Assembly: GCA_016720425.1 (NCBI GenBank)
Contig: JADKKQ010000003.1
Span: 499,643 to 563,642, forward strand
Origin: Betaproteobacteria bacterium
GTDB lineage: Bacteria > Pseudomonadota > Gammaproteobacteria > Burkholderiales > Casimicrobiaceae
Direction: 5' to 3'
DNA: 64,000 bases
A program made the position numbers and the translations under genes. Under the pieces are notes generated by a model. That model was not told where the DNA came from. It made no database searches and saw only the letters and a program-made list of their open reading frames with translations. Of the stretch, positions 46,474-54,688 are shown piece by piece. Within the stretch, counting starts at the first letter, position 1; every line of letters starts with the position of its first letter.

Positions 46474-47685
46474 ATGAACGCTCCCGCGATCTCCAGCCGC
46501 CTCGCCCCGGCGAGCGCCTCCGACCTCGTCGCCTGGGAGATGATCCGCACGCTGATCGCCTTCGACACCACCAGCCGCGAATCCAACCTGGCGCTGATCG
46601 ACTGGGTGCAGGACTGGCTCGGCAGCCAGGGAATCGAATCCACGCTCACCTTCGACGACGACCGGCGCAAGGCCAACCTCTTCGCGACGCTGCCGGCGCA
46701 GGACGGCAATCGCGTCGACGGCGGCATCGTGCTGTCCGGCCACACCGACGTGGTCCCGGTCGACGGTCAACCGTGGAAGACGCCGCCGTTCGTGGCCACG
46801 CCGCTCGGCGACCGGGTCTACGGCCGCGGCGTCACCGACATGAAGAGCTTCAGCGCGACCGGCCTCGCGCTGGTGCCCGAATTCCTGCGCCGCGGCCTCC
46901 GGCGGCCGCTGCACTTCGCGCTGTCCTACGACGAGGAGGTGGGCTGCATCGGCGTGCGCCGCCTGCTCGCCGACGTCGCCGCGCGCGGCGTCAAGCCGCT
47001 GGGCTGCATCGTCGGCGAGCCGACCGGCATGGAGCTCGTCGTCGCGCACAAGGGCAGGAAGAGCTGGCGCTGCCGCGTCCGCGGCCACGAGGCGCACTCG
47101 TCGCTGACGCCGCAGGGCGTCAACGCCGTGCAGATCGCCTGCGAGATCGTCGCCTTCCTCACCCAGGCGGCGCGCGCGTTCCGCGATCGCGGCGGTTTCG
47201 ATCCTGCCTACGACGTCGCCTACACGACCGTCCACACCGGCGTCATCAAGGGCGGCACGGCGCTCAACATCGTGCCGCGCGACTGCGCCTTCGACTTCGA
47301 GATCCGGCACCTCCCGTTCGACGATCCGGACGAGCTCTTTCGCCGCGTGGAGGCCTACGCGCAGCGCTTCCTGCCCGAGATGCGCGCGGTGGCGCCGGAC
47401 TGCTTCATCGAGTTCGACGCGCTGTCGACGATGCCGGGGTTCGATACCCACGGCGACAGCGAGATCGCCGCGCTGGGTCGCGACTGCAACGGCACCCACG
47501 ACACCGGCAAGGTCTCGTTCGGCACCGAGGCCTCGCTGTTCGATCGGGCTTCGATCCCCACGATCATCTGCGGCCCCGGGCACATCGCCCAGGCGCACCA
47601 GCCGAACGAATGGGTGTCGCTGCAGCAGCTCGCCGCCTGCGAAGCGTTCCTGCGTCGCCTGGCCGACCGCGTCTGCGTGGCATGA
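46474..47685 (+). CDS. argE: M20-family metallohydrolase, ArgE-type acetylornithine deacetylase
   Basis: LSGHTDVVPV, GRGVTDMKS, DEEVGC, GTEASLF, HQPNEWV. GAAGGA precedes the ATG. Candidate promoter TTGACA-18-TATCCT at 46390-46419. Confidence 0.82.
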   Translation: MNAPAISSRLAPASASDLVAWEMIRTLIAFDTTSRESNLALIDWVQDWLGSQGIESTLTFDDDRRKANLFATLPAQDGNRVDGGIVLSGHTDVVPVDGQPWKTPPFVATPLGDRVYGRGVTDMKSFSATGLALVPEFLRRGLRRPLHFALSYDEEVGCIGVRRLLADVAARGVKPLGCIVGEPTGMELVVAHKGRKSWRCRVRGHEAHSSLTPQGVNAVQIACEIVAFLTQAARAFRDRGGFDPAYDVAYTTVHTGVIKGGTALNIVPRDCAFDFEIRHLPFDDPDELFRRVEAYAQRFLPEMRAVAPDCFIEFDALSTMPGFDTHGDSEIAALGRDCNGTHDTGKVSFGTEASLFDRASIPTIICGPGHIAQAHQPNEWVSLQQLAACEAFLRRLADRVCVA

Positions 47686-47796
47686 GCGCGACGGGCCGCC
47701 CCGAGGGCGAATACCGGAGTGCGCAGCACGAAGGTAGTTCATTGAGGCACCGACGGGCCGCTTCAGGGGCGAATGCCGGGGTGCGGAGCACGGAGG
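47682..47796 (+). repeat. Copies B1 (47682-47734) and B2 (about 47741-47796) of the gene-proximal repeat family, in tandem
   Basis: B1 ATGAGCGCGACGGGCCGCCCCGAGGGCGAATACCGGAGTGCGCAGCACGAAGG. B2 ...CGACGGGCCGCTTCAGGGGCGAATGCCGGGGTGCGGAGCACGGAGG. B2 ends 7 nt before the GTG at 47804. Confidence 0.8.
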
Positions 47797-47803
47797 CAGC
47801 CCG

Positions 47804-48784
47804 GTGAGCGCCAGGGCCCGCGGCAGCGGCGGAACGATGTCGGCGCCGCCGATCGACGTCCCGTTTCCGGATCTCTCGCGCTGGGCCGACGGCGGCACCG
47901 GCATCCCCTACGTGCACACGCTGGAGAGCCCGACCCGCGGCCCGCACGTGTTGCTGCAGGCGCTGACGCACGGCAACGAGGTCTGCGGCGCGATCGCCCT
48001 CGACTGGCTGCTGGGGTCGGGCTTCCGCCCGGAGCGGGGGACGCTGTCGGTCGCGTTCGCCAACGTCGCCGCCTACGAGAGCTTCGACCCCGCGAACCCC
48101 TACGCGTCGCGCTGCGTCGACGAGGACTTCAACCGGCTGTGGACGACCGAGGTGCTCGACGGCGAGCGGCAGACGCGCGACCTCGAACGCGCACGCGCGC
48201 TGCGCCCGCTCTACGAGCGCATCGACTTCCTGCTCGACCTGCACTCGATGACCGACCCCTGCCCGCCGCTGGCCCTGGCCGGCCGGCAGCGCAAGGGGCT
48301 CGAGCTGGCGCTCGCCCTGGGCCTCCCCGAACACGTGGTGATCGACGCCGGGCACAGCGCCGGCCGCCGCCTGCGCGACTACGCCTTCTTCGACGAGCCC
48401 GACGATCCGCGCGTCGCGCTGCTGATCGAATGCGGCCAGCACTGGGAACGCGCGTCGCCCGCGGTCGCGCGCCAATCGGTGCTGCGCCTGCTGCGCCACT
48501 TCGGCATGGCCGACGCCGACTTCCTCGCCCGCCACCTCGACCCCGCGCCGCGCCCGCCGCAGCGCGTGATCGAGGTCACCGCGGCGGTCACCATCGCCAG
48601 CGACGACTTCGCCTTCGCGCTGCCCGTCCACGGCCTGGCGGTGATTCCGCGCGCGGGCACGGTGCTCGCGCACGACGGCGACGTCCCGGTGCTGGCGCCC
48701 TACGACGACTGCGTGCTGATCATGCCGACCCGCCGGCCGAAGGCGGGCGAGACGGCGGTTCGGCTCGGGCGCTTCCTCGACTGA
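47804..48784 (+). CDS. Succinylglutamate desuccinylase/aspartoacylase-family (M14-like) Zn hydrolase
   Basis: LQALTHGNEVCG, DLH and CGQHWE family-like motifs. GTG start lies 7 nt after GGAGG (ATG at 47837 is the alternative). Confidence 0.82.
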   Translation: MSARARGSGGTMSAPPIDVPFPDLSRWADGGTGIPYVHTLESPTRGPHVLLQALTHGNEVCGAIALDWLLGSGFRPERGTLSVAFANVAAYESFDPANPYASRCVDEDFNRLWTTEVLDGERQTRDLERARALRPLYERIDFLLDLHSMTDPCPPLALAGRQRKGLELALALGLPEHVVIDAGHSAGRRLRDYAFFDEPDDPRVALLIECGQHWERASPAVARQSVLRLLRHFGMADADFLARHLDPAPRPPQRVIEVTAAVTIASDDFAFALPVHGLAVIPRAGTVLAHDGDVPVLAPYDDCVLIMPTRRPKAGETAVRLGRFLD

Positions 48785-48792
48785 CGCCCGCG

Positions 48793-50430
48793 TCAGTCGA
48801 GGCTCACACCCGCTTCGGCGAGGGCAGACAGCAGGGCCTCGCCCAGCTCGCCGTCCAGCAGCGAGGCCTGCAGGATCCGCCGCCCGCGCGTGCGAAAGCC
48901 GGCGTCGGCGGCGACCAGCGGCGCAGCCTTGACCCGCGCCTCGTCGCGGCGCCCGAGGCGCACCAGCGCCGCCGCTTCCAGCGCCAGCACGCGCGGCGCG
49001 TCCGACGGCCCCATCAGCTTCGCCTGCGCGAGTGCCGCCGCGTAGTCGCCCCGGCGGAAGCGGTCGACGTAGTGCGCGAAGTGGAACCAGCGCGGATAGT
49101 GCGGGTCGAGCTCGATGCCGCGATCGAGCAGCGCGAGCCCGCGCTCCCAGTCGCCCGCCAGCGCGGTCGCCCATCCGGCCACGCCGAGGAAGTACGGCGC
49201 GTTCGGGTTGAGCGCGATCGCCCGCTCGAGCTCGGCCCGGAACCCGGGCAGGTCGCGGCGGAAGAACTGCGTCCAGGCCAGCGCCCAGCGCGCCTGCTGG
49301 CAGGTCGGTTCGAGCGCGACCGCCCGCGTCGCCATCGCCAGCGCGCGGTCGAGCGATTCGGCCGGCGCGTCCGGGTCGGACGCGTAGGTGTCGACCAGCA
49401 TCTCGGCGAGCATCGCCCAGGCGAGCGCGAAACCGGGGTCGAGCGCGACCGCCTGCTCCAGCGCGGCGCGTGCGCGCGCCCCCGACCCGGTGGTGCGCTC
49501 GGCGACGAAGTGGTGGAAGTGCAGCACCGCGTCGTAGGCGCCGGGGACCGCGCTGCGCTGCCCCTGCACGCCGCGGCCCAGGTCGCGGAACACCGCGCCG
49601 TAGCGCCCCGCGACACGTGCCGACACCTTCTGCGCGATGTCGTCCTGGACGGCGAAGAGATCGCGCGCGCCCAGGTCGAAGGCGTAGCGCTCGTTCCAGA
49701 GCACCTCCCGCGACGCCGCCTCGGCGAGGCCGGCGTCGATGCGCATCGCCTGGCCCAGGCGCTGGACGCTGCCCAGCACCAGGTAGCGGGCGCCGAGCTC
49801 GCGGCCGATGCGCGGCAGGTCGGGCACCTGGTCGCGATACTGCAGCGACGACTGGCGGGCGATCACTGCCATGCCGTCGAAGCGGGTCAGCGCGAGGGTG
49901 AGCTCGGCGGCGAGACCCTCGGCGAAATAGGCCTGTTCCGGATCGCTCGACAGCGACTGGAACGGCAGCACCGCGACCACCGGCGGCCGGGTGCCCTCGG
50001 CCGGGCCGCGACCCGGGTCCGTCGCCACGGTCGCGACCTCGCCGCCGTTCGCGACCGTGAACGCCGGCACGTAGCCTCCCTTGGGCACGCCGATGCGCAG
50101 CGGGTCGCGCGCACCCGCGGTCGCGTAATAGCGGTCGAGCGCGCGCCGCAGGCGCCCGGCCTGGATGCGCACCAGAGGATCGGTGTCGGCGTCGAATCCG
50201 GGATCGCGGTGAAACACCTCGACGGCGATCCGGTAACCCTTGAGCCTCGCCACACGGCCGGCCAGCGACTCGTCGACCAGGAAGCGCAGCATGTCGCGCA
50301 GTCGGGCCGACGTCGCGAACTCGTCGCTCGCCAGCACGCGATCGAGCTCGGCGCGGATGGCGTCCGCCGGTGCCGGCAGGGCGCCGGCGGCGGCGGGATC
50401 GCTGTGCTGCCCCGGCGGATGCTCGCTCAC
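48793..50430 (-). CDS. Winged-helix (CadC/OmpR-C-like) DNA-binding domain, TolB-N-like domain and TPR-repeat protein
   Basis: RLRDMLRFLVDESLAGRVARLKGYRIAVEVF...VRIQAGRLRRALDRYY...PKGGYVPAF; VAVLPFQSLSSDPEQAYFAEGLAAEL; C-terminal TPRs. GTG start lies 7 nt after GAAGG of repeat copy C. Confidence 0.72.
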   Translation of the reverse strand: MSEHPPGQHSDPAAAGALPAPADAIRAELDRVLASDEFATSARLRDMLRFLVDESLAGRVARLKGYRIAVEVFHRDPGFDADTDPLVRIQAGRLRRALDRYYATAGARDPLRIGVPKGGYVPAFTVANGGEVATVATDPGRGPAEGTRPPVVAVLPFQSLSSDPEQAYFAEGLAAELTLALTRFDGMAVIARQSSLQYRDQVPDLPRIGRELGARYLVLGSVQRLGQAMRIDAGLAEAASREVLWNERYAFDLGARDLFAVQDDIAQKVSARVAGRYGAVFRDLGRGVQGQRSAVPGAYDAVLHFHHFVAERTTGSGARARAALEQAVALDPGFALAWAMLAEMLVDTYASDPDAPAESLDRALAMATRAVALEPTCQQARWALAWTQFFRRDLPGFRAELERAIALNPNAPYFLGVAGWATALAGDWERGLALLDRGIELDPHYPRWFHFAHYVDRFRRGDYAAALAQAKLMGPSDAPRVLALEAAALVRLGRRDEARVKAAPLVAADAGFRTRGRRILQASLLDGELGEALLSALAEAGVSLD

Positions 50431-50437
50431 TGGACCA

Positions 50438-50488
50438 CCTTCATGCTGCGCTCTCCGCAAATCGCGCTCGGGGCGGCCCGTCGCGCTC
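50438..50488 (-). repeat. Copy C of the gene-proximal repeat family (minus orientation)
   Basis: The minus strand reads GAGCGCGACGGGCCGCCCCGAGCGCGATTTGCGGAGAGCGCAGCATGAAGG. It shares both ends with copy B1. Confidence 0.7.
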
Positions 50489-50680
50489 GTCGCCGTGCTC
50501 GGTCGCGCCACCCGGGGAATCGAGCCGCCGTCCGGACGATACGGTGTGTCACGGTATTTTACGTGGGCAGCGGCAGCCCGAACGGCTAGGCTCCGTCGCC
50601 ATCGCCACTGCAGATCCGACGCGGCGCGCGGGAAGCCGTTGCGGGCTTCCGAGGCGGCGCCCGGACCGACCCCACCGCCC

Positions 50681-50938
50681 ATGCCCTCGCACTACCCGAA
50701 CGTCTTTGCCCGCTTTCCCAACCAATGGCGCGCGGTCCGGCAGCGGCTGGAGGCCGATGCGACCTTCGCCGAACTGTGCGCCGACTACGAGACCTGCGTC
50801 GTGCACCTGCATTCGCTGAGCCCGGCGACGGTCCCCGATTTCGAGAGCGAGGCGGCCGAGTACCGCGAAACGGCGCGCGAACTCGAACTGGAAATCGGCC
50901 GCGTCATCGCCGACCTCCGGCAACGACTGGCGCACTGA
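50681..50938 (+). CDS. Hypothetical small protein (85 aa)
   Basis: ATG-initiated part of ORF 50240..50938 with high third-position GC. No family recognised (MPSHYPNVFARFPNQWRAVRQRLEADATFAELCADYETCV...). Confidence 0.4.
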   Translation: MPSHYPNVFARFPNQWRAVRQRLEADATFAELCADYETCVVHLHSLSPATVPDFESEAAEYRETARELELEIGRVIADLRQRLAH

Positions 50939-50967
50939 GAAGGTGTGAACGAATCCCCCATGACCGT

Positions 50968-51999
50968 TCACCGTCCCGCCGCCTGCACGGCCGCTTCGGC
51001 CGCGCGCACGAGCTCGACGCCCGCCGCCCCCGCCCAGCGATCGTAGGCCGCGCGGCTCGCCGCCGCGAGCGCCGCATGTCCCTCCGCCGTGAGGCGCGTG
51101 GTGGCGAGGCCCCGCTGCCGCAGGTCGGCAAGCGCCTGGGCGGCCTCGTCCCGGGCCAGCACCGCCAGTTCGCCGGCCGTCGCGGTGGCCGCCTCCCGGA
51201 CCTGTGCGCGCTCGGCGTCGTTACACGCGTTCCAGACGGCGCGATTGACGGCGAAGACCGCGATTTCACCCACCGCTTGCCAGTCGGCGACGTGGCGAAA
51301 GCCCGACGCCTCCAGCCGGGCCGCCACGAACGACGCCGCGGGGCCGTCCTGCCCGTCCAGCGCGCCGGACTTGAAGGCGGCCTGGGCTGCGGCAAAGCCC
51401 AGCGACTGCGGCAGCGCACCCAGCGTCGCGTAGAGATCGAGGATCGCGGGCACCGCCGGCACGCGGACCCGCAGGCCCGCCACGTCGGCCGGCTCGCGCA
51501 CCGCCTTGGCCACCGTCGCCAGCGCCCGATGCCCCAGCGGCGCGAACGCGACGGCGACGACGCCGGCGCGCTCCAGCGCCGCGCCGAGCTGACCGGCGAA
51601 GGGCTCCGCGGCGAGCGCCGCGAGCTGCGGGCCGCCGGGGGCGAGCCACGGCAGCCCGACGACGCCGAGTTCGGCCACCGACCCCGACCACGCCAGCGTC
51701 GACCCGATGGCGAGGTCGGCGGCTCCGTCGCGCAGCGCGGAAAACTCGCGCGCCGGATCGCGGTGGGCCAGCGTCGCCCCCGGATGGGCTTTCACCGCCA
51801 GCCGCCCCGCCGACTTCTCGCCGATCAGCGCCGCCCAGCGCGCGCCCGCCTTGCCCAGCGCGAACGCCGGCCCGACCGCCGTCGACAGCTTCCACTCGCG
51901 GGGCGCGTTCGCGGCGGGTACCTGCGCCTGCGCGAACGCCGGGGCGATGGTCGCCACGACCGCCAGCCAGCACCAGGCGAGGATCCGGACCGTTTGCAT
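50968..51999 (-). CDS. DctP-like (TRAP-type) periplasmic solute-binding protein, orphan
   Basis: Signal peptide MQTVRILAWCWLAVVATIAPAFAQA. Overall DctP-like pattern. No DctQ/DctM partner adjacent. Lies 30 nt downstream of comEC. Confidence 0.62.
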   Translation of the reverse strand: MQTVRILAWCWLAVVATIAPAFAQAQVPAANAPREWKLSTAVGPAFALGKAGARWAALIGEKSAGRLAVKAHPGATLAHRDPAREFSALRDGAADLAIGSTLAWSGSVAELGVVGLPWLAPGGPQLAALAAEPFAGQLGAALERAGVVAVAFAPLGHRALATVAKAVREPADVAGLRVRVPAVPAILDLYATLGALPQSLGFAAAQAAFKSGALDGQDGPAASFVAARLEASGFRHVADWQAVGEIAVFAVNRAVWNACNDAERAQVREAATATAGELAVLARDEAAQALADLRQRGLATTRLTAEGHAALAAASRAAYDRWAGAAGVELVRAAEAAVQAAGR

Positions 52000-52029
52000 C
52001 CGTGCAGTGTACGGGTCCGCCGGCCCGGG

Positions 52030-54486
52030 TCAATCCAGCGGCGACGCCTCCTCCCGCGGCGGGTCGTGCCAGTAGCGGCGGCGCCACGCCCGTTCGGTTC
52101 GCGGCAGCCGCGCCCCCCCGGCGGCAAAAGAGAACGTCAGCGCCCCGTCGCGGTCGGTGCGATAGCGCTGCGCGGCCCGGTACCGGGCGACGATGTCGGC
52201 CCGGGGATGCCCGAAGCGGTTGCGGTAGCCGGAGGTGAAGACCGCGACGGCGGGCGCCACCGCGGCCACGAACGCCGGCGTCGACGAGGTGCGGCTGCCG
52301 TGGTGGGGAACGACCAGCACGTCGGCCTTGAGCGCCGCAGGGTCGCGACCGAGGAGCTGCAGTTCGCTGACCGCCTCGATGTCGCCGGTCAGCAGCACGC
52401 TGCCGTGCGCGCTGTCGACGCGCAGCACGCAGGACAGGTCGTTGGTGCGGGCTTTCGGATCGGCGTACTGCGCCGGCAGCGGGTGCAGCAGCGTGAACGT
52501 CACCGCGTCCCAGGTCCAGCGCTGGCCGGCCAGGCAGCGTCGCGCGTCGTCGCCGGCCGGCGGCAGGCGCTCGGCCACGGGGCCGTCGATTGGCAGCGAC
52601 GACAGCAGCGCGGCCACCGGCACCGACTGCCGCACGCTGCGCAGCCCGCCGCTGTGGTCGCTGTCCTGGTGCGAGACGACCAGCGTGTCCAGCCGGGCGA
52701 CGCCGGCCGCGCGCAGGAACGGGACCACGATCCGGCCGCCGGCATCGGCGACGTCGGTGTAGCGCGGCCCGGTGTCGTAGAGCAGCGTCCGGTGCTGCGT
52801 CTCGACGACGACGGCGAGTCCCTGCCCGACGTCGAGGACGGTCATCCGGAACTCGCCGGCACCCGGGCGCGGCGGCACGACGACGAACAGCGGCAGCAGC
52901 CAGAGCCCGCCCAGCGCGCGGGCCGGGACGCCGCGCGGGGCCGCCAGCCAGGCGATGCCGACCACCGCGGCGGGCAGTGCCCAGGCCGGCGGTGCGTGCT
53001 GCTGCCAGACGGCGCCCGGCCACGCCGACATCGCCTCCAGCAGCCGCATCAGCAGCGCGAACAGCGCGTCGGCGGCCTGCCACAGCGCGTCGACGGGCAG
53101 GAAGACACCGGTCAGCGCCAGCGGCACGACGACGAAGGTGACCAGGGGAATGGCGACGGCGTTGGCCACCGGCGAGATCAGCGAGACCTGCTGGAACAGC
53201 GCCAGGGTCAGCGGCACCATGCCGACGGTCACCAGCCACTGCGCCTGCAGCGCCGCGCGGAATTCGCGGCCGAGGCGCGCTGCCGTCCCCGTCGCCGGGC
53301 CCGAGGCGATCCGCCCGCCGGCCCCGTACAGCAGCACGCCGACGGCACCGAACGACAGCCAGAACCCGGAGGAGAGCGTCGCCCAGGGATCCCAGGCGAG
53401 AACGGCCGCCAGCGCCCACAGCCAGACCATCGAGGCGGTGCCGGGCCGCGCCAGCCACAGGCCCGCCGCGACCACCGCGAGCATCAGCAGTGTGCGCTGC
53501 GCCGGCACCTGCGCGCCGGCGAGCAGCACGTAGGCGGCCGCGGCCCCCACGCCGGCCAGCGCCGCCAGCCGCCGCGCCGGCACCCGCGAGGTGAGCCTTG
53601 CGCTGCGCCGCGCGAGCGCGAAGGCGCCCGCCGCGGCGATCGCGGCGAACACCGTCACGTGCAGGCCGGAGATCGACACGAGGTGGGTGACGCCGGTGCG
53701 ATTGAAGACCTGCCACTGCGCCTCGGTGATCGAGCGCTGGTCGCCGATGGCCAGCGCCACCAGCACGCCGGCGGTGGGCGACTCCGGCAGCGCCGCCAGC
53801 ACCCGGTCGCGGATCGCCGACCGCGCGCGCTGCACGACGTCGGCCGGCCGGCGCGCGAAGGCGTCGAGGCGGCGATTCGCGTCGTCGCGGCGCACGTAGC
53901 CGGTGGCGCGCAGGTTGTTCTCGAGCAGCCAAGCCTCGACGTCGAAGCCGTCGGGGTTGACGGTGCCGTGCGGGCGCTTCAGGCGCAGCACCAGCCGCCA
54001 GCGCTCGCCGGCGACGAGCACCGGCACCGGGTCGATCGCCCCGCCCTTCTGCCACTGCGCGTACCACGCCAGCGACAGCCGGCGCGGCACCACGGCCCCG
54101 GGCGTGACCACCGTTTCGACCGCCAGCGTGAAGCGGGCACCGCGGTCGGAGGTGTGCGGCAGGTCGTCGACGACCCCGACGACGACGACGTCCTCACCCT
54201 CCCATGCCGACGGCAGCGCATCGGACAGGCGCAGGTCGGCTCGCCACGCCGCGTAGCCGAATCCCAGGCAGCAGGCGGCGATGCCGGCGCAGAGCCGGCG
54301 CGCGGCACCGGCCGCCGGCGTCGACATCGGCGCCAACCGCCCGCCGCGAAGCGCGACCCACGCGGCGAGCAGACCCGCGGCGACGAGGAACGCGGGCCGG
54401 GGCGGCAGCGACGCCTGCAGCTGCAGCACGCCGACCCCGGCCGCGAACCCGAGCAGCAGCAGCGGCAGAGGGGAGGAGCGGTACAT
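52030..54486 (-). CDS. comEC: DNA internalisation competence protein ComEC/Rec2
   Basis: 818 aa. N-terminal OB-like region, polytopic competence domain, C-terminal metallo-beta-lactamase domain (VLDVGQGLAVVVET...VVSHQDSDHSGG...VPHHGS). Confidence 0.9.
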   Translation of the reverse strand: MYRSSPLPLLLLGFAAGVGVLQLQASLPPRPAFLVAAGLLAAWVALRGGRLAPMSTPAAGAARRLCAGIAACCLGFGYAAWRADLRLSDALPSAWEGEDVVVVGVVDDLPHTSDRGARFTLAVETVVTPGAVVPRRLSLAWYAQWQKGGAIDPVPVLVAGERWRLVLRLKRPHGTVNPDGFDVEAWLLENNLRATGYVRRDDANRRLDAFARRPADVVQRARSAIRDRVLAALPESPTAGVLVALAIGDQRSITEAQWQVFNRTGVTHLVSISGLHVTVFAAIAAAGAFALARRSARLTSRVPARRLAALAGVGAAAAYVLLAGAQVPAQRTLLMLAVVAAGLWLARPGTASMVWLWALAAVLAWDPWATLSSGFWLSFGAVGVLLYGAGGRIASGPATGTAARLGREFRAALQAQWLVTVGMVPLTLALFQQVSLISPVANAVAIPLVTFVVVPLALTGVFLPVDALWQAADALFALLMRLLEAMSAWPGAVWQQHAPPAWALPAAVVGIAWLAAPRGVPARALGGLWLLPLFVVVPPRPGAGEFRMTVLDVGQGLAVVVETQHRTLLYDTGPRYTDVADAGGRIVVPFLRAAGVARLDTLVVSHQDSDHSGGLRSVRQSVPVAALLSSLPIDGPVAERLPPAGDDARRCLAGQRWTWDAVTFTLLHPLPAQYADPKARTNDLSCVLRVDSAHGSVLLTGDIEAVSELQLLGRDPAALKADVLVVPHHGSRTSSTPAFVAAVAPAVAVFTSGYRNRFGHPRADIVARYRAAQRYRTDRDGALTFSFAAGGARLPRTERAWRRRYWHDPPREEASPLD

Positions 54487-54688
54487 GGCGGCACGACGGC
54501 ACGAAAGGCACCATCAGACCTGCCGCACGGCGATTGCGCCATCGTCCGGCCGGACGACCCGCGGGCCGAAACGGCCCCGCGACGGCGCGCCCTCGGCTAA
54601 CATGGCGGCCTCCGCTGCCGGGGCCGCCGCCGTCCGGCGCGCGCCCGCGACCAAGCCCCCGACCCCCTCCCGAGCGAGAGCCCCGCCC

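Noticed and set aside
47682-47807. Repeat-encoded peptide (GRPEGEYRSAQHEG...) as a real conserved protein motif or leader peptide
   Set aside because: Conservation is at the DNA level, including an inverted copy. One copy reads in a different frame (copy B2). Third-position GC is lower than in genuine genes. It is kept as a nucleotide repeat finding rather than a CDS.
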